A stretch of DNA of 64,000 nucleotides from Vulcanimicrobiota bacterium (GCA_050250895.1 JBFWNU010000001.1:2342210-2406209), one strand, 5' to 3'. Counted from the stretch's first letter, positions 1 through 8,848 are shown. Notes: generated by a model from the letters alone, not told the origin. Program-made: numbers and translations.

Positions 1-532
1 CTTGACCCGGGGGCGCTCACGCTTAGGTATTTTCATGCGGGCCATCAAAGCCGCCGCCACCGGGTTCTCGCGCCGAGCGAAATCGCGCCAGGCCAGCCGT
101 TTGAGGTGAATCGCTCGAAACTCGAATACCAGTGGGGTGAAGCCGAGGGTGGTGACAACGTATCTTTCTGGAACGGACTGCCTGGTGGTGGAGTATGAGA
201 ACACGGCGATCGGATAGACGGGCAGCCCGTAGCGCTCGTGGAGAATGTTCCAGTAGCGAAACATCCGGCGGGCGAAGTCGTCGTCGTGCTGGGCTTGATG
301 CTCGACGTGGACCAGGCAGAAGGCCGGACTTCCGGCCACTGCGACCCGGGCCACGAGGTCGGCCTCGCGACGGTCGCCCAGGCCCAGTTCGGTGAACATC
401 TCCTTGTCGAAGAACTCGATCGAGGCCGGGTCGATGGCCTCGGCGACCTCGGGCAGAAACAGCTCGAGGAATTCGTAGAGAAAGAGGGTTAGCAGCTCTT
501 TGAAGAGGCGGTCGTGACGTTTTCGCATGGCG
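1..532 (-). CDS. Rpn/YhgA-like PD-(D/E)XK recombination-promoting nuclease / putative transposase (Transposase_31 / DUF4351 family); 3' end truncated by the window edge
   Basis: My own translation of the minus strand from ATG at 532 reads MRKRHDRLFKELLTLFLYEFLELFLPEVAEAIDPASIEFFDKEMF...LVHVEHQAQHDDDFARRMFRYWNILHERYGLPVYPIAVFSYS...NPVAAALMARMKIP. It is open to position 1. The HDxLFK start and the H-x-E-x-Q-S/A core are typical of the Rpn family. It is absent from the ORF track because no stop codon lies in the window. Confidence 0.6.
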
Positions 533-879
533 TCTCCAATCTCGGTCGTCGGCGACCGGAATTGGTGCCTCTTCTTGGAGTGCCCGGGGGCTCCCGTCGA
601 TGGAATTGTGAACTTTGTGGAGCCATTCTTTCGCTAGCGAACGCACTGGTCCGAATACCACCTGCCGAATGGCCCAGCTCAGCCCGGCCCACCTCGACGT
701 CAAGGCGTGGGGGCTGGCGATCGCCCACTCCGGCTGGGGGACCACTCCGGTGGGGCCAAGGCTGGGCGGACGGCCGAGAGCTGGCCGCTGCCCACCCCGC
801 CGCGCCTACGGCGGGTAAGCTGGCGCCCTAGTCCTGGCTTGGTGGGCGCTTTTTAGGTCACCGCGGAGATACGCGGGGC

Positions 880-1330
880 GCGCGGAGTTGGGTGCATTTG
901 AGTCGGATGGAGCACGCTCTGGCGTTGAGGCCCGGAGAGGGCTGTGCGGGGTGGGGCCAAGGTCGGCCGGGAGCGGCCTGGCCACACTGCCGAACGGCCC
1001 ATCCGCCCCTGCCCCGGCGACTCGGCAGCACACGCTGCCGAATTCGGCGTACCACGTGCCGAATGGCCGGCCCGTTTCGACCCGGCGAGGTTGTGGGCGT
1101 GGTGGCCGGCGGCCGGGAGCTAGCGATCCCCCACTCCGGGTGGGGCCAGGGTTGGAGGCTAGCGATCGCCCACTCCGGCTGGGGGATTTCGCCCACTCCG
1201 GGTGGGGCCAGGGTTGGAGGCTAGCGATCGCCCACTCCGGCTGGGGGATTTCGCCCACTCCGGGTGGGGCCAGGGTTGGCCGGGAGCGGCCTGGCCACAC
1301 TGCCGAACGGCCCGGCCCGCTTTCCCCGGG
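880..1330. repeat. Repeat-rich intergenic region. A 62-bp tandem repeat occurs about 2.4 times at 1131-1280 and contains GCGATCGC. A 36-bp exact direct repeat lies at 965-1000 and 1278-1313. A GCCGAATTCGGC palindrome lies near 1037-1048. The 15-mer TACCACGTGCCGAAT near 1050-1064 recurs in inverted orientation at 23297-23311 and 23420-23434.
   Basis: Direct reading of the sequence. Period 62 comes from the recurrence of CCACTCCGGGTGGGGCCAGGGTTGGAGGCTAGCGATCGCCCACTCCGGCTGGGGGATTTCGC. Confidence 0.8.
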
Positions 1331-1482
1331 GTGCCAAACTTGAAAAGACATTGTAACAAGCCAGCTACATCCAGGCCGTCATTTTGACTGGCTGGAAACT
1401 GGGGCCTGGTATCTTAAAGACACACAGAACCACGTTAGCGGAGTTGGTTCCTAGCGGACCACTCGTTCATATATAAATCGTC

Positions 1483-1516
1483 AAAACCGAGCCCGAACCC
1501 AATCTGGCTCGGTTTT
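1483..1516. terminator. Perfect 11-bp-stem hairpin AAAACCGAGCC-N12-GGCTCGGTTTT with an A-run on one side and a T-run on the other (bidirectional intrinsic-terminator-like). It overlaps the annotated TTG start of the kinase.
   Basis: Inverted repeat read directly from the sequence. It is followed by TTTTGCTTATG on the plus strand and by TTTTGACGATTT on the minus strand. Confidence 0.5.
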
Positions 1517-3758
1517 GCTTATGACCGGGGGTCACAGGGCCCACCTTGTCAAACTGTGCCTTGTGGACCCGTCAGAGACGGTGGACGTCACCCATAACAC
1601 CTTGAGCGTCGCCCGGCTCAACTCGGGGGGCGGGCCCAAGCCCGAGATACCCGGCTATAAGCTCGGCGATCGGCTGGGCCGCGGCGCCTTCGGCGAGGCC
1701 TATCGGGCTACTCAGCTGAGCACCGGTCAAGAGGTGGCGGTCAAGGTGCTGGTCTCGGTCAGCGGCCGATTTCGCGACGAGGTCGAGCGCCTTTCGCAGG
1801 TCAGCGACCACACCCACATCGTGACCCTGGTCGACGCCCAGCTCGACCATGACCCGCCTTATCTGGTCACTCCGCTTTTTAGCGGCTCGCTCCTGGATGA
1901 GGTACCCCGCCAGCCCAGCGAGGCCGACATCGAGAAGGTCTGCAGCTGGCTGCGGCAGCTGGCCGGAGCCCTCGACTACATGCACCGCCGCGGTATTCTG
2001 CACTGCGATGTCAAGCCGGCCAACGTGCTGCTCGACCGCGAAGGCAACGCCCGCCTCACCGATTTCGGCCAGGCGACCCTGCGCGACCAGAGCGAGCTTC
2101 GCCTCGGCAGTTTCTGGTTTATGCCCTGGCAGCAGGCCGAGGGAGGCCTGCCCGAGGTGACCTGGGACCTCTATGCCCTGGGAGCCACCGCCTACGCCCT
2201 CTTGACCGGCGTGCCCCCGTGCTGGTCAAAGCAAGAACAGGTAGAGTTGCAGGCCCTGACCGGCGTCGCTGAACAGGTGAAGAGATACCGGCAGGCGCTA
2301 GAGCGACCCGTCACTCCCATTCGCCAGCTCAACCCGGCCGTTGACCCTGAACTGGCTTGTATCGTCGAGTACTGTCTAAAGCTCGACCAGGGCTATGGCA
2401 GCGCCAGCGAGATCCTGTCAGACCTTGACCGCCGTGACCAGAAACGACCGCTGGCCGCGCGGCCGTTCTCGCGTGGCTACTGGCTGGAGCGGTTCGTGAC
2501 CCGCAACCGACTGAGCGTGGCGGTGGGCCTGATCGCCGTGGCCGTGCTGCTGGTCGGCTTGAGCCTCTCGTCTTATGAGGTCTACAAAGCGCGTCAGGCT
2601 CGTCAGCTCTTGATCGAGCAACGCTTCGAGCAGGGCCGCTCGATGATCGACAACGGCCAAGCCACCGGGCTGGTGTGGCTGGCCGAGGCCTACCAACTCA
2701 GCGGTCGGTCCGACTATCAGCTGGCCCTGCGCCAGGCCCTGGCCCGCCAGATGCAGATTGCCGACCCCTCGCTCTATCGCTTGCGAACGGCCACGGCCCC
2801 GAGCCCCAGCGGACGGTGGGCCATCTGGACCAATCCCGCCAACCTCCAACGCGTTCTCGTCGACCTTCGCGACGGCTCGACCGGACCGTTGCCGGCCAAC
2901 TTCTTCGGAGCCCAGCGCGAGCAGAAAGACAGGCTGCGCTATCGGCTCGATGGTATCGTGCTCGACCCCAGCCTTCCCTCGCCCGTGCCCGGCACCTGGG
3001 CCATGCGCTCTTTTGACAGCGCTCACCCCGACCAGCACGGAGCCAGCCTGGCTCTTCACCTGGCCCCCACCGGAGCTTTGCGAGCCGTGCGGGTCGACCA
3101 CGGAATCCAGGTCCAGAACGCCGCCGGCAAGGTGCTGGTCAGGGCCGAGCGCCCGGGCAAGGTGCCCCAGAGCCCCGTCTTTTCACTGCAGGGCGAACTG
3201 GCCGTGGCCTGGGAGGACGGCCAGATCAACCTCTACACCAAGGCCGAGACCAAAACCATCGACACCGACTTCGTGGCTGGTTTTCTCTGCTTTAGCCCCG
3301 ATGGTCAGTTTCTGGCCGGCAGTGGCTGGGATGCTCCTCGAGTGCGCGTCTGGACCCGCCAGGGAGCCAAAGTGGCCGACTTTTCCATCAGTGCGCCCGT
3401 GACCGATATGGTCTTCGACCAAGCTTCGCAGCTGGTGGTGTGCGCCACCCGAGTCGGTCTGGTTCACGGCTACTCGCTCATAGACCAGCAGCCTGCCTGG
3501 CCGCCCATCGAACTCGAGAACCCGGCTCGCTGGATCTACGTTCAAGAAGGCGGCCAGATCGTCACCATGTCGGATGAGGTGATGGTCTGGAAACTGCCCG
3601 AACCGCTCAACGACTCGCTGGTGAGCGCCGAAGAACTCAAGCGAGAAATCTCGCGGCGGACCGGCTGGCTCTATGACGAGAAGGCCCGGGTGAGAACCTT
3701 GAGCCGCTCAGAATACCTCGAGCGCTACGCCCCGAAAACCGTCAAGACAGCGAAATAA
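1515..3758 (+). CDS. Hanks-type Ser/Thr protein kinase with a transmembrane segment and a C-terminal beta-propeller-like extracytoplasmic domain
   Basis: G-loop LGRGAFGEAY, VAVK, catalytic HCDVKPANVLL and DFG are present. A hydrophobic segment LSVAVGLIAVAVLLVGLSL follows the kinase domain, then about 400 aa of repetitive beta-rich sequence. The start is uncertain: TTG at 1515, ATG at 1521, or a later GTG. Confidence 0.8.
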   Translation: MLMTGGHRAHLVKLCLVDPSETVDVTHNTLSVARLNSGGGPKPEIPGYKLGDRLGRGAFGEAYRATQLSTGQEVAVKVLVSVSGRFRDEVERLSQVSDHTHIVTLVDAQLDHDPPYLVTPLFSGSLLDEVPRQPSEADIEKVCSWLRQLAGALDYMHRRGILHCDVKPANVLLDREGNARLTDFGQATLRDQSELRLGSFWFMPWQQAEGGLPEVTWDLYALGATAYALLTGVPPCWSKQEQVELQALTGVAEQVKRYRQALERPVTPIRQLNPAVDPELACIVEYCLKLDQGYGSASEILSDLDRRDQKRPLAARPFSRGYWLERFVTRNRLSVAVGLIAVAVLLVGLSLSSYEVYKARQARQLLIEQRFEQGRSMIDNGQATGLVWLAEAYQLSGRSDYQLALRQALARQMQIADPSLYRLRTATAPSPSGRWAIWTNPANLQRVLVDLRDGSTGPLPANFFGAQREQKDRLRYRLDGIVLDPSLPSPVPGTWAMRSFDSAHPDQHGASLALHLAPTGALRAVRVDHGIQVQNAAGKVLVRAERPGKVPQSPVFSLQGELAVAWEDGQINLYTKAETKTIDTDFVAGFLCFSPDGQFLAGSGWDAPRVRVWTRQGAKVADFSISAPVTDMVFDQASQLVVCATRVGLVHGYSLIDQQPAWPPIELENPARWIYVQEGGQIVTMSDEVMVWKLPEPLNDSLVSAEELKREISRRTGWLYDEKARVRTLSRSEYLERYAPKTVKTAK

Positions 3759-5256
3759 GGGCTCTCTGATAGGCCTCTTCCAGGGCCAGGGAAGGCTCCA
3801 TCTGCAAGTCGGCGGCCAGCTGCTTGCGACACTCTTCGAAGTGACGCACCGCCTGCTCGGGACGACCCAGCCCCATCAATGCACTCATGCAGACCAGTCG
3901 ACTGGCCTGACAGCACGGCTCGAGCTCAAGACTCAGCTCGCCAAACTTGAGGGCCAGCTCGAGACGCTCGCTCTGCAAAGCCGCCTGCGCCACCCGCTGA
4001 TAGGCCAGCTGCATCTCGCCTTCGAGCTTGGTGCGGGTGTGAGCGGCCCAGTCGAGATAGCAGCCCTCGAGGTAGGGACCGACATACAGCTCCAGCAACC
4101 GCTGGCCGGCGCTCAGCGCCTGGTCGGGGTCGGCCGCGGCAATGGTCGCCAACAACGACTCGACCTCGCAGTAGTCGTGCCAGAAGTCGAGGCCCTCGTC
4201 GAGGCGATAGCCAGTGTGATTGCGTGGGATGGGGTTTGACTCGAGCCCATCCTGACGCAGGCTGTTGCGAAGCTTGGACAGAGCCACCATCAGGCTGCGC
4301 CGAGCCCGATTGCCCTTGCCCGGCCAGAACGCTTCCATCAGCCGGTCCTCGGTCACCGTCTGCTGGGCCGAGGCAAGATACGAGAGCAACCACGACAGCT
4401 GCTTGCCGCCCCAGCCCTCATCGAGCCTGACCCCACCCATGTGGGCCTCGAACTCGCCCAGGCTCTTGATGCGAAGGCCTTCACCGGGAGCCTTGCCGGT
4501 CTTGAGTTGGCGAGCGGCCAGATGATCGCTGACCATCTGGGCCAGCAGGCAATAACCGCCCCGCTCGAGCGGGTCGGCCGCGAAGTGGCCAACGGCATAG
4601 AGCACCAGGCGCGTCTGGCCTGAGCCGATCGGCACCGCCAGGGCCCAGCTCTCGTTCTGATTGGCCGTCGGCTGGTCGTGGGCCGGCCCGATCCATTCGT
4701 AGAAGACCGGAGCCTGCTGCTGGAGAGCTTGGGACACAAGGCTACGGCTTGGTGTTAGCGGGCCGGTTGTTTTTAGGGTTTCGTCGAACAGGCCCACGCG
4801 GGCCTTCGGCAAGACCTGGTTGAGGCGGGCGACGAGTTCTGGGACCGGCGTGTTCTCGTCTAGGATCGGTTGCACCTCGAGCATCAGCGCCATCACTTGC
4901 TCCGCCGGCCTCTGACGGGCCTGGTGCAGGTCGTCATCGGTGACCGTCTGGGCCAGCTCGGAGAGCAGCTCGAAGACCGTCTCGGCCACGCAGAACCTGC
5001 CGCCGGGGAGCAGCTCGAAGCGGTCACGCTCTTCTTGCTCGGTGAAGATAGGGGACCGGCTGCCATCGCGCCAGACCACGATGTGCGACTGCTTCACTTC
5101 TAGCCTGGCCGTGCGCCGGGAGAGCTTGGGGTCGAAGGGGATGGCCAGCTTGTCGTCGGGATCGTGGGGAGTGGAGCGTCCGAGCTGATAGAGCCCCGGC
5201 TGTAGTTCGAAGTGCGCCGTCGCCAGCGACGTCATGTGAGTGGCCCACAGGATCAC
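3742..5256 (-). CDS. FHA-domain SARP/AfsR-type transcriptional regulator (N-terminal FHA, central domain, C-terminal OmpR/PhoB-type winged HTH plus BTAD)
   Basis: FHA signature LYQLGRS...SRRTARLEV...VVWRDGSRSPIF. The SARP DNA-binding region reads LRIKSLGEFEAHMGGVRL...GGKQLSWLLSYLA...LMEAFWPG...ARRSLMVALSKLRNSL, followed by TPR-like BTAD helices. It converges on the kinase and overlaps its 3' end by 17 nt. Confidence 0.65.
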   Translation of the reverse strand: MILWATHMTSLATAHFELQPGLYQLGRSTPHDPDDKLAIPFDPKLSRRTARLEVKQSHIVVWRDGSRSPIFTEQEERDRFELLPGGRFCVAETVFELLSELAQTVTDDDLHQARQRPAEQVMALMLEVQPILDENTPVPELVARLNQVLPKARVGLFDETLKTTGPLTPSRSLVSQALQQQAPVFYEWIGPAHDQPTANQNESWALAVPIGSGQTRLVLYAVGHFAADPLERGGYCLLAQMVSDHLAARQLKTGKAPGEGLRIKSLGEFEAHMGGVRLDEGWGGKQLSWLLSYLASAQQTVTEDRLMEAFWPGKGNRARRSLMVALSKLRNSLRQDGLESNPIPRNHTGYRLDEGLDFWHDYCEVESLLATIAAADPDQALSAGQRLLELYVGPYLEGCYLDWAAHTRTKLEGEMQLAYQRVAQAALQSERLELALKFGELSLELEPCCQASRLVCMSALMGLGRPEQAVRHFEECRKQLAADLQMEPSLALEEAYQRALISLS

Positions 5257-6035
5257 GGGACGATTTACGTGGTGGGGGTTTGGCGGACCTTTTAGGTGGT
5301 CTCCCCTGGACGGGGGGGAGGCTCGATGCCCAAGGGGATGGGCTCTCTGGGGTCACGAAAAATGAAAGACACCGAGGAACGAGCTTTGCTTGGGGGGCCT
5401 CAATCACGACGTGACCCGAGGTATGGGGCGTGGATGGGTCGGGGAGGCGGACCCGTTGCGCTCCACACTTTTCCCGAGCGTGGCTTTTCGGGACCCTCAA
5501 GAATGTGGGCGACGAAGCGGAAAGGTTCCGCCTGTCCCCCGAACGTCGGAGCGAGTTTGCCAGCACGGAGAGAAGAGTCTCTTGACCGGGAGCGGGGGCG
5601 CGCAGCCCCCCAGCGTGCGCGGCCATCACCGCGTTCAGGCCTTCACCCACCAGCCACTGTTCGGCCGCGTTGCGTGCCGCCTGGAGCCACAGCTCGACGG
5701 CCTCAGGCTCTTGGTTGGTGCTTCTTTGCAGCTCCTGAACTCCTGGCCCCGGGCGACCAGATCCTTTTCCCAGGCACCCACCCTCAGGATCGAGGTAACG
5801 GCTGGTCGTCGGCGGAGTTTCAATGGCCGGGACAAGCTCGGTCTTGGAGACAAAGTTGGCGGCTTCGTTTGAGTCGAGACGGACCGTTTTAGCATGAGTT
5901 TGGTGGCCAGAGTCTCTCGGGCATTCGATGCTACGCGATGTAAAGTTGGCGGCGTCGATCCCGCTCGCATCCGGGCTTTCTTGAAGGAGGACAAAGATCG
6001 GGCTTGATGCCAAGGTCACGCCTCATTTCTCACGT

Positions 6036-6563
6036 CTACGGGCCTACGATATCACCGAGGTGGAAAAATGTGGGGGCTCCGCCCGGGTCGACAATAGTCA
6101 GCCGATGGTCGGGATAACACCATTCACGAGTTTGACTCTGGGTGGAGGGCGTCCTGACCGGCGGCTCACCCAGGACCTCAGTGACCCGATTCAGGTTCTT
6201 TAGGTCTTCTTCGTCGCTCCAAGCCTCTTCGGCCAAGGGTTCGCCATCCTGCTCCAAATTGGCTCCCGCCACACCACAGACTCGGTCCTCGGAGTCGAGC
6301 TTCAATCGCGTAAAATCGGAAAACCCGAAGTATCCCGGTTCCGTGCCGAAAGCCAGTATTGGATCGTCTCCGCGAGGCTCACCTCGTCGTGCGATGACTT
6401 CTTCCCTGGTCATTCCCAGACAGACCCCATTGATGGCAAGTCCTCTCACGGTTTTGCTAGAGGGTCTGGCGGTCCGATTTCCGATGGTGTCGAGAGGCGA
6501 ACCAGGCGGGATCACAATCTCGCCGTGGGGGGCTCTGGGCCCGTCGTCCGAGCTGTAGGGCAA
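6036..6563 (-). CDS. Hypothetical protein; paralog of the adjacent ORF (shared GMTREEV...EWCYP motifs)
   Basis: The ORF is 175 aa. INGVCLGMTREEVIARRGEP and EWCYPDHRLTI mirror IGGVTLGMSREQVTSQLGL and EWCYPNPCPVW in the upstream ORF. It has no signal peptide in its own frame. Confidence 0.4.
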   Translation of the reverse strand: MPYSSDDGPRAPHGEIVIPPGSPLDTIGNRTARPSSKTVRGLAINGVCLGMTREEVIARRGEPRGDDPILAFGTEPGYFGFSDFTRLKLDSEDRVCGVAGANLEQDGEPLAEEAWSDEEDLKNLNRVTEVLGEPPVRTPSTQSQTREWCYPDHRLTIVDPGGAPTFFHLGDIVGP

Positions 6564-7067
6564 CTCCCAGGTCTCGAAATACTTGCGTCCAAGGTTCCGT
6601 CTGTGAGTGCGAGAAAACCAATCTTCTTAGTTTCGTAACCAAAGAGTCTTACGAGCACGCGCTGTTTCTCATTCGGTAGCTCGTAAAAGAGGGAATCACC
6701 ATCCTCGCTTACAGAGGACGGGTGGCCGAACGACGCGGCGAACCCTTCCAGGGTGCCTCCTACTTGGGCCACGAGCTTGTGGTTCTGTGATAAGAAGCTG
6801 CCCTGAACGGCCACCACACCTTGACCCATGAGGAAGCATCGCCACACAGGACATGGGTTGGGATAGCACCATTCGTTCTCCATCGGACCAAAAGATAGCC
6901 CGAGTTGCGATGTCACCTGTTCTCGAGACATGCCGAGCGTGACCCCACCGATGTCGAACGGCTTGGTAGATGGCTTCTGGATAGAGGCCACGCTGGCTCG
7001 CGGACCTGCTGCCCAGGAGCGCAACAACGATGACGACAGCGACGAACCAGCGGGCACGACCGAGCAT
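6512..7067 (-). pseudogene. Probable frameshifted secreted paralog. A signal-peptide-like start (MLGRARWFVAVVIVVALLGSRSA, frame of 6696..7067) is out of frame with the mature-domain ORF 6512..7057.
   Basis: Two overlapping minus-strand ORFs in different frames. The hydrophobic N-terminus is present only in the short frame. The conserved domain lies in the long frame, which starts MPAGSS... with no signal peptide. Confidence 0.35.
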
Positions 7068-7180
7068 GCAAGAGGATTCGGTTTATCACCGGGTTTGACC
7101 TACGGCAAGCGTGTGCCAATGGCTAGGCGGCCGCAGGAGGAGGCTCCGAAAATAGGGAATCTTCAAGTGTCGGAGGACGT

Positions 7181-7984
7181 ATGAAGAAGCAGTTCGTCGC
7201 CTGTTCGCTGTTCTTGGCACTGTCGCTCTCAGCGGGAGCGCAAACGATGGGACCGTGCGGACCGTGCGGTCCAGGCGGGGGGTCGAGCCCTGGCTTCAAC
7301 CCCGGCGCCCCCATGTTGGGCCCCGGCCAGAGCGGTCCGGGCAGCGACCGGAATGCGGGCCCGCAAGCACGTTTTCGCAGCGACGATGATGTCTTCGACT
7401 ACATCCGTCAGAACTACGGCGGTAACGCCAATCAGGCCCGCCAGGACCCACGCGTCACCAGCTGGATGAAGGGCCTCGAGGGAGAAGCTCGTTACGTCTT
7501 TCAAGACCGGCTGGATCGAGCCCACGATTTCTCGGGCGACCCCACCCTGACCCGCATCACCGGCACCGCGACCAACGACTACTACTGTCACGATTTCGCC
7601 TGGCGCCAGGGTGACAAGTCGCCCCCGGCCGGCGGTCATATCAACCCCGACCCCATCCTGGCCGACCCGGCCCGGTATGGTTACGAAGTTGTCTCGGCGT
7701 CGAGTGCCCAGGCCGGTGACATCGTCGTGTATCATCAGAGCGACGGCGGCAAGGCCGACCACTCGGGCCTGGTGGTCCGGGTTCAAGACGGCAATACCTA
7801 TATGATCAGCAAGGATGTGGGCAACTCACTATTCCGTCATCAACTCGACAGCCCGCCGGGAAGTCCGAACTTCTTTCGCGGCGCCTACGGTTCCGAGGGG
7901 GTGACCATCCTGCGGCCGGGACCTTACGCTGTAAAACCGACCGCCGGTTCCGAGGCACCTCCGCCGGCTGCCTCAGGACCGTAA
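7181..7984 (+). CDS. Secreted protein with a Gly/Pro-rich linker and a CHAP/NlpC-P60-like putative cysteine peptidase domain
   Basis: Signal peptide MKKQFVACSLFLALSLSAGAQT. The RBS GGAGGACGT precedes the ATG. Cys in NDYYCHDFAW and His in GDIVVYHQSDGGKADHSGLVV are arranged like a papain-fold CHAP domain. Confidence 0.5.
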   Translation: MKKQFVACSLFLALSLSAGAQTMGPCGPCGPGGGSSPGFNPGAPMLGPGQSGPGSDRNAGPQARFRSDDDVFDYIRQNYGGNANQARQDPRVTSWMKGLEGEARYVFQDRLDRAHDFSGDPTLTRITGTATNDYYCHDFAWRQGDKSPPAGGHINPDPILADPARYGYEVVSASSAQAGDIVVYHQSDGGKADHSGLVVRVQDGNTYMISKDVGNSLFRHQLDSPPGSPNFFRGAYGSEGVTILRPGPYAVKPTAGSEAPPPAASGP

Positions 7985-8025
7985 GAGACCGCGCAAGCCG
8001 TTCGGGGATACCTGACCCGCCGCCT

Positions 8026-8640
8026 CTACAGTCGAGCCCTCAAGAACTCGAGCAGCTCTTCCAACTCGGGTGCGCAGCCCCGCCCAAGGTTCAGATTGGC
8101 GTCGGCCGTGACTCGCCGCAGGGTGGTGCCCCCGTCCAGTGCCTGACCGAGCACCAGATAGTCCGCCAATTGCAGGTCATCATCGAGCAGAACGACGGAG
8201 AAATGGGGAGCCAGGATCGTGCCCTTCAGCTTCTCGAGCAGCGTCTCCTCCGACGCTGTCTCCAGGTCCGCGACCTGTAACGGTGGGAACTTGGGGTAGC
8301 CGATGATTCGGTATTGTAGGCCTTCTTTGAGAGTGCCCGAATCCCCCGACACCGCACTGAACTCTTTGGCGAATTCCTCATCAGGCTCAAAGCCTGCCAT
8401 GATGGCCGAGCCTTGGCAGCAAAGAATGCCCGCCAATCTTGGCTTGGCCACAAGCATTTTGAAGTTCCCGCCAACCTCATCGTGATAGAGGTAGTAGGGA
8501 AGGAGCGAATAGGCTGCCGTGTAGCAAACCTGCTTGGAATCCGGACGGTCGGACTTCTTCTCTTTTTTGAAGAGCGAACTCAATGGTTCTCCGTGGCCTC
8601 CTTTCGTATCGACTCTCGCTTCAAAGCACCCGCGGCCCAA
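8026..8640 (-). CDS. Hypothetical protein (204-aa ORF). The true start may be an internal Met (MLVAKPRLAGILCC...).
   Basis: Long ORF in a lower-GC stretch with no recognisable motif. Confidence 0.4.
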   Translation of the reverse strand: MGRGCFEARVDTKGGHGEPLSSLFKKEKKSDRPDSKQVCYTAAYSLLPYYLYHDEVGGNFKMLVAKPRLAGILCCQGSAIMAGFEPDEEFAKEFSAVSGDSGTLKEGLQYRIIGYPKFPPLQVADLETASEETLLEKLKGTILAPHFSVVLLDDDLQLADYLVLGQALDGGTTLRRVTADANLNLGRGCAPELEELLEFLRARL

Positions 8641-8677
8641 CGAACCTAAAATAGGCGGCCAGCTTATTTTAGGTTCG
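8641..8677. promoter_or_regulatory. AT-rich perfect dyad CGAACCTAAAATA-N11-TATTTTAGGTTCG (13-bp arms) immediately upstream of the 8026..8640 gene. This is a candidate operator.
   Basis: Read directly. A second TTAAAATAAG motif lies about 8686. Confidence 0.4.
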
Positions 8678-8848
8678 GGCCAAACTTAAAATAAGCCTTG
8701 GTTAGAGCTTCATCTCGCCGTGGCGGGCAAACCTACCTACGGTCGCGGGTATCGAGTGGATCGCGCGGGCACGCTGGGCCACAGTCATCATTCGCTCGAG
8801 CGCCAGAACTAGACTGCCACGCGGCCACCAGCTCGTATGCAAGTCCCT

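Noticed and set aside
1121-1240. GCGATCGC (cyanobacterial HIP1) occurrences suggesting a cyanobacterial origin
   Set aside because: The octamer is seen only inside copies of the 62-bp tandem repeat and not dispersed through coding regions. A clustered dcw operon also argues against cyanobacteria.
1131-1280. Tandem 62-bp repeats as a possible CRISPR array
   Set aside because: The units are contiguous with no unique spacers and no cas genes are nearby.
23-1387. Multiple long ORFs across the repeat region (23..745 -, 806..1351 -, 888..1343 +, 892..1224 +, and others)
   Set aside because: They overlap each other in several frames and are Arg/Gly/Pro-rich. They lie within tandem repeats, so they are high-GC frame artefacts. 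The genuine gene here is the minus-strand frame ending at 532, which has a clean Rpn-like translation.
5024-6019. 331-aa minus ORF and 198-aa plus ORF in the 5260-6035 gap
   Set aside because: Composition is low-complexity (R/P/G/S-rich), there is no start context, and the frames overlap. At best it is a decayed gene, so it is reported only as a remnant.
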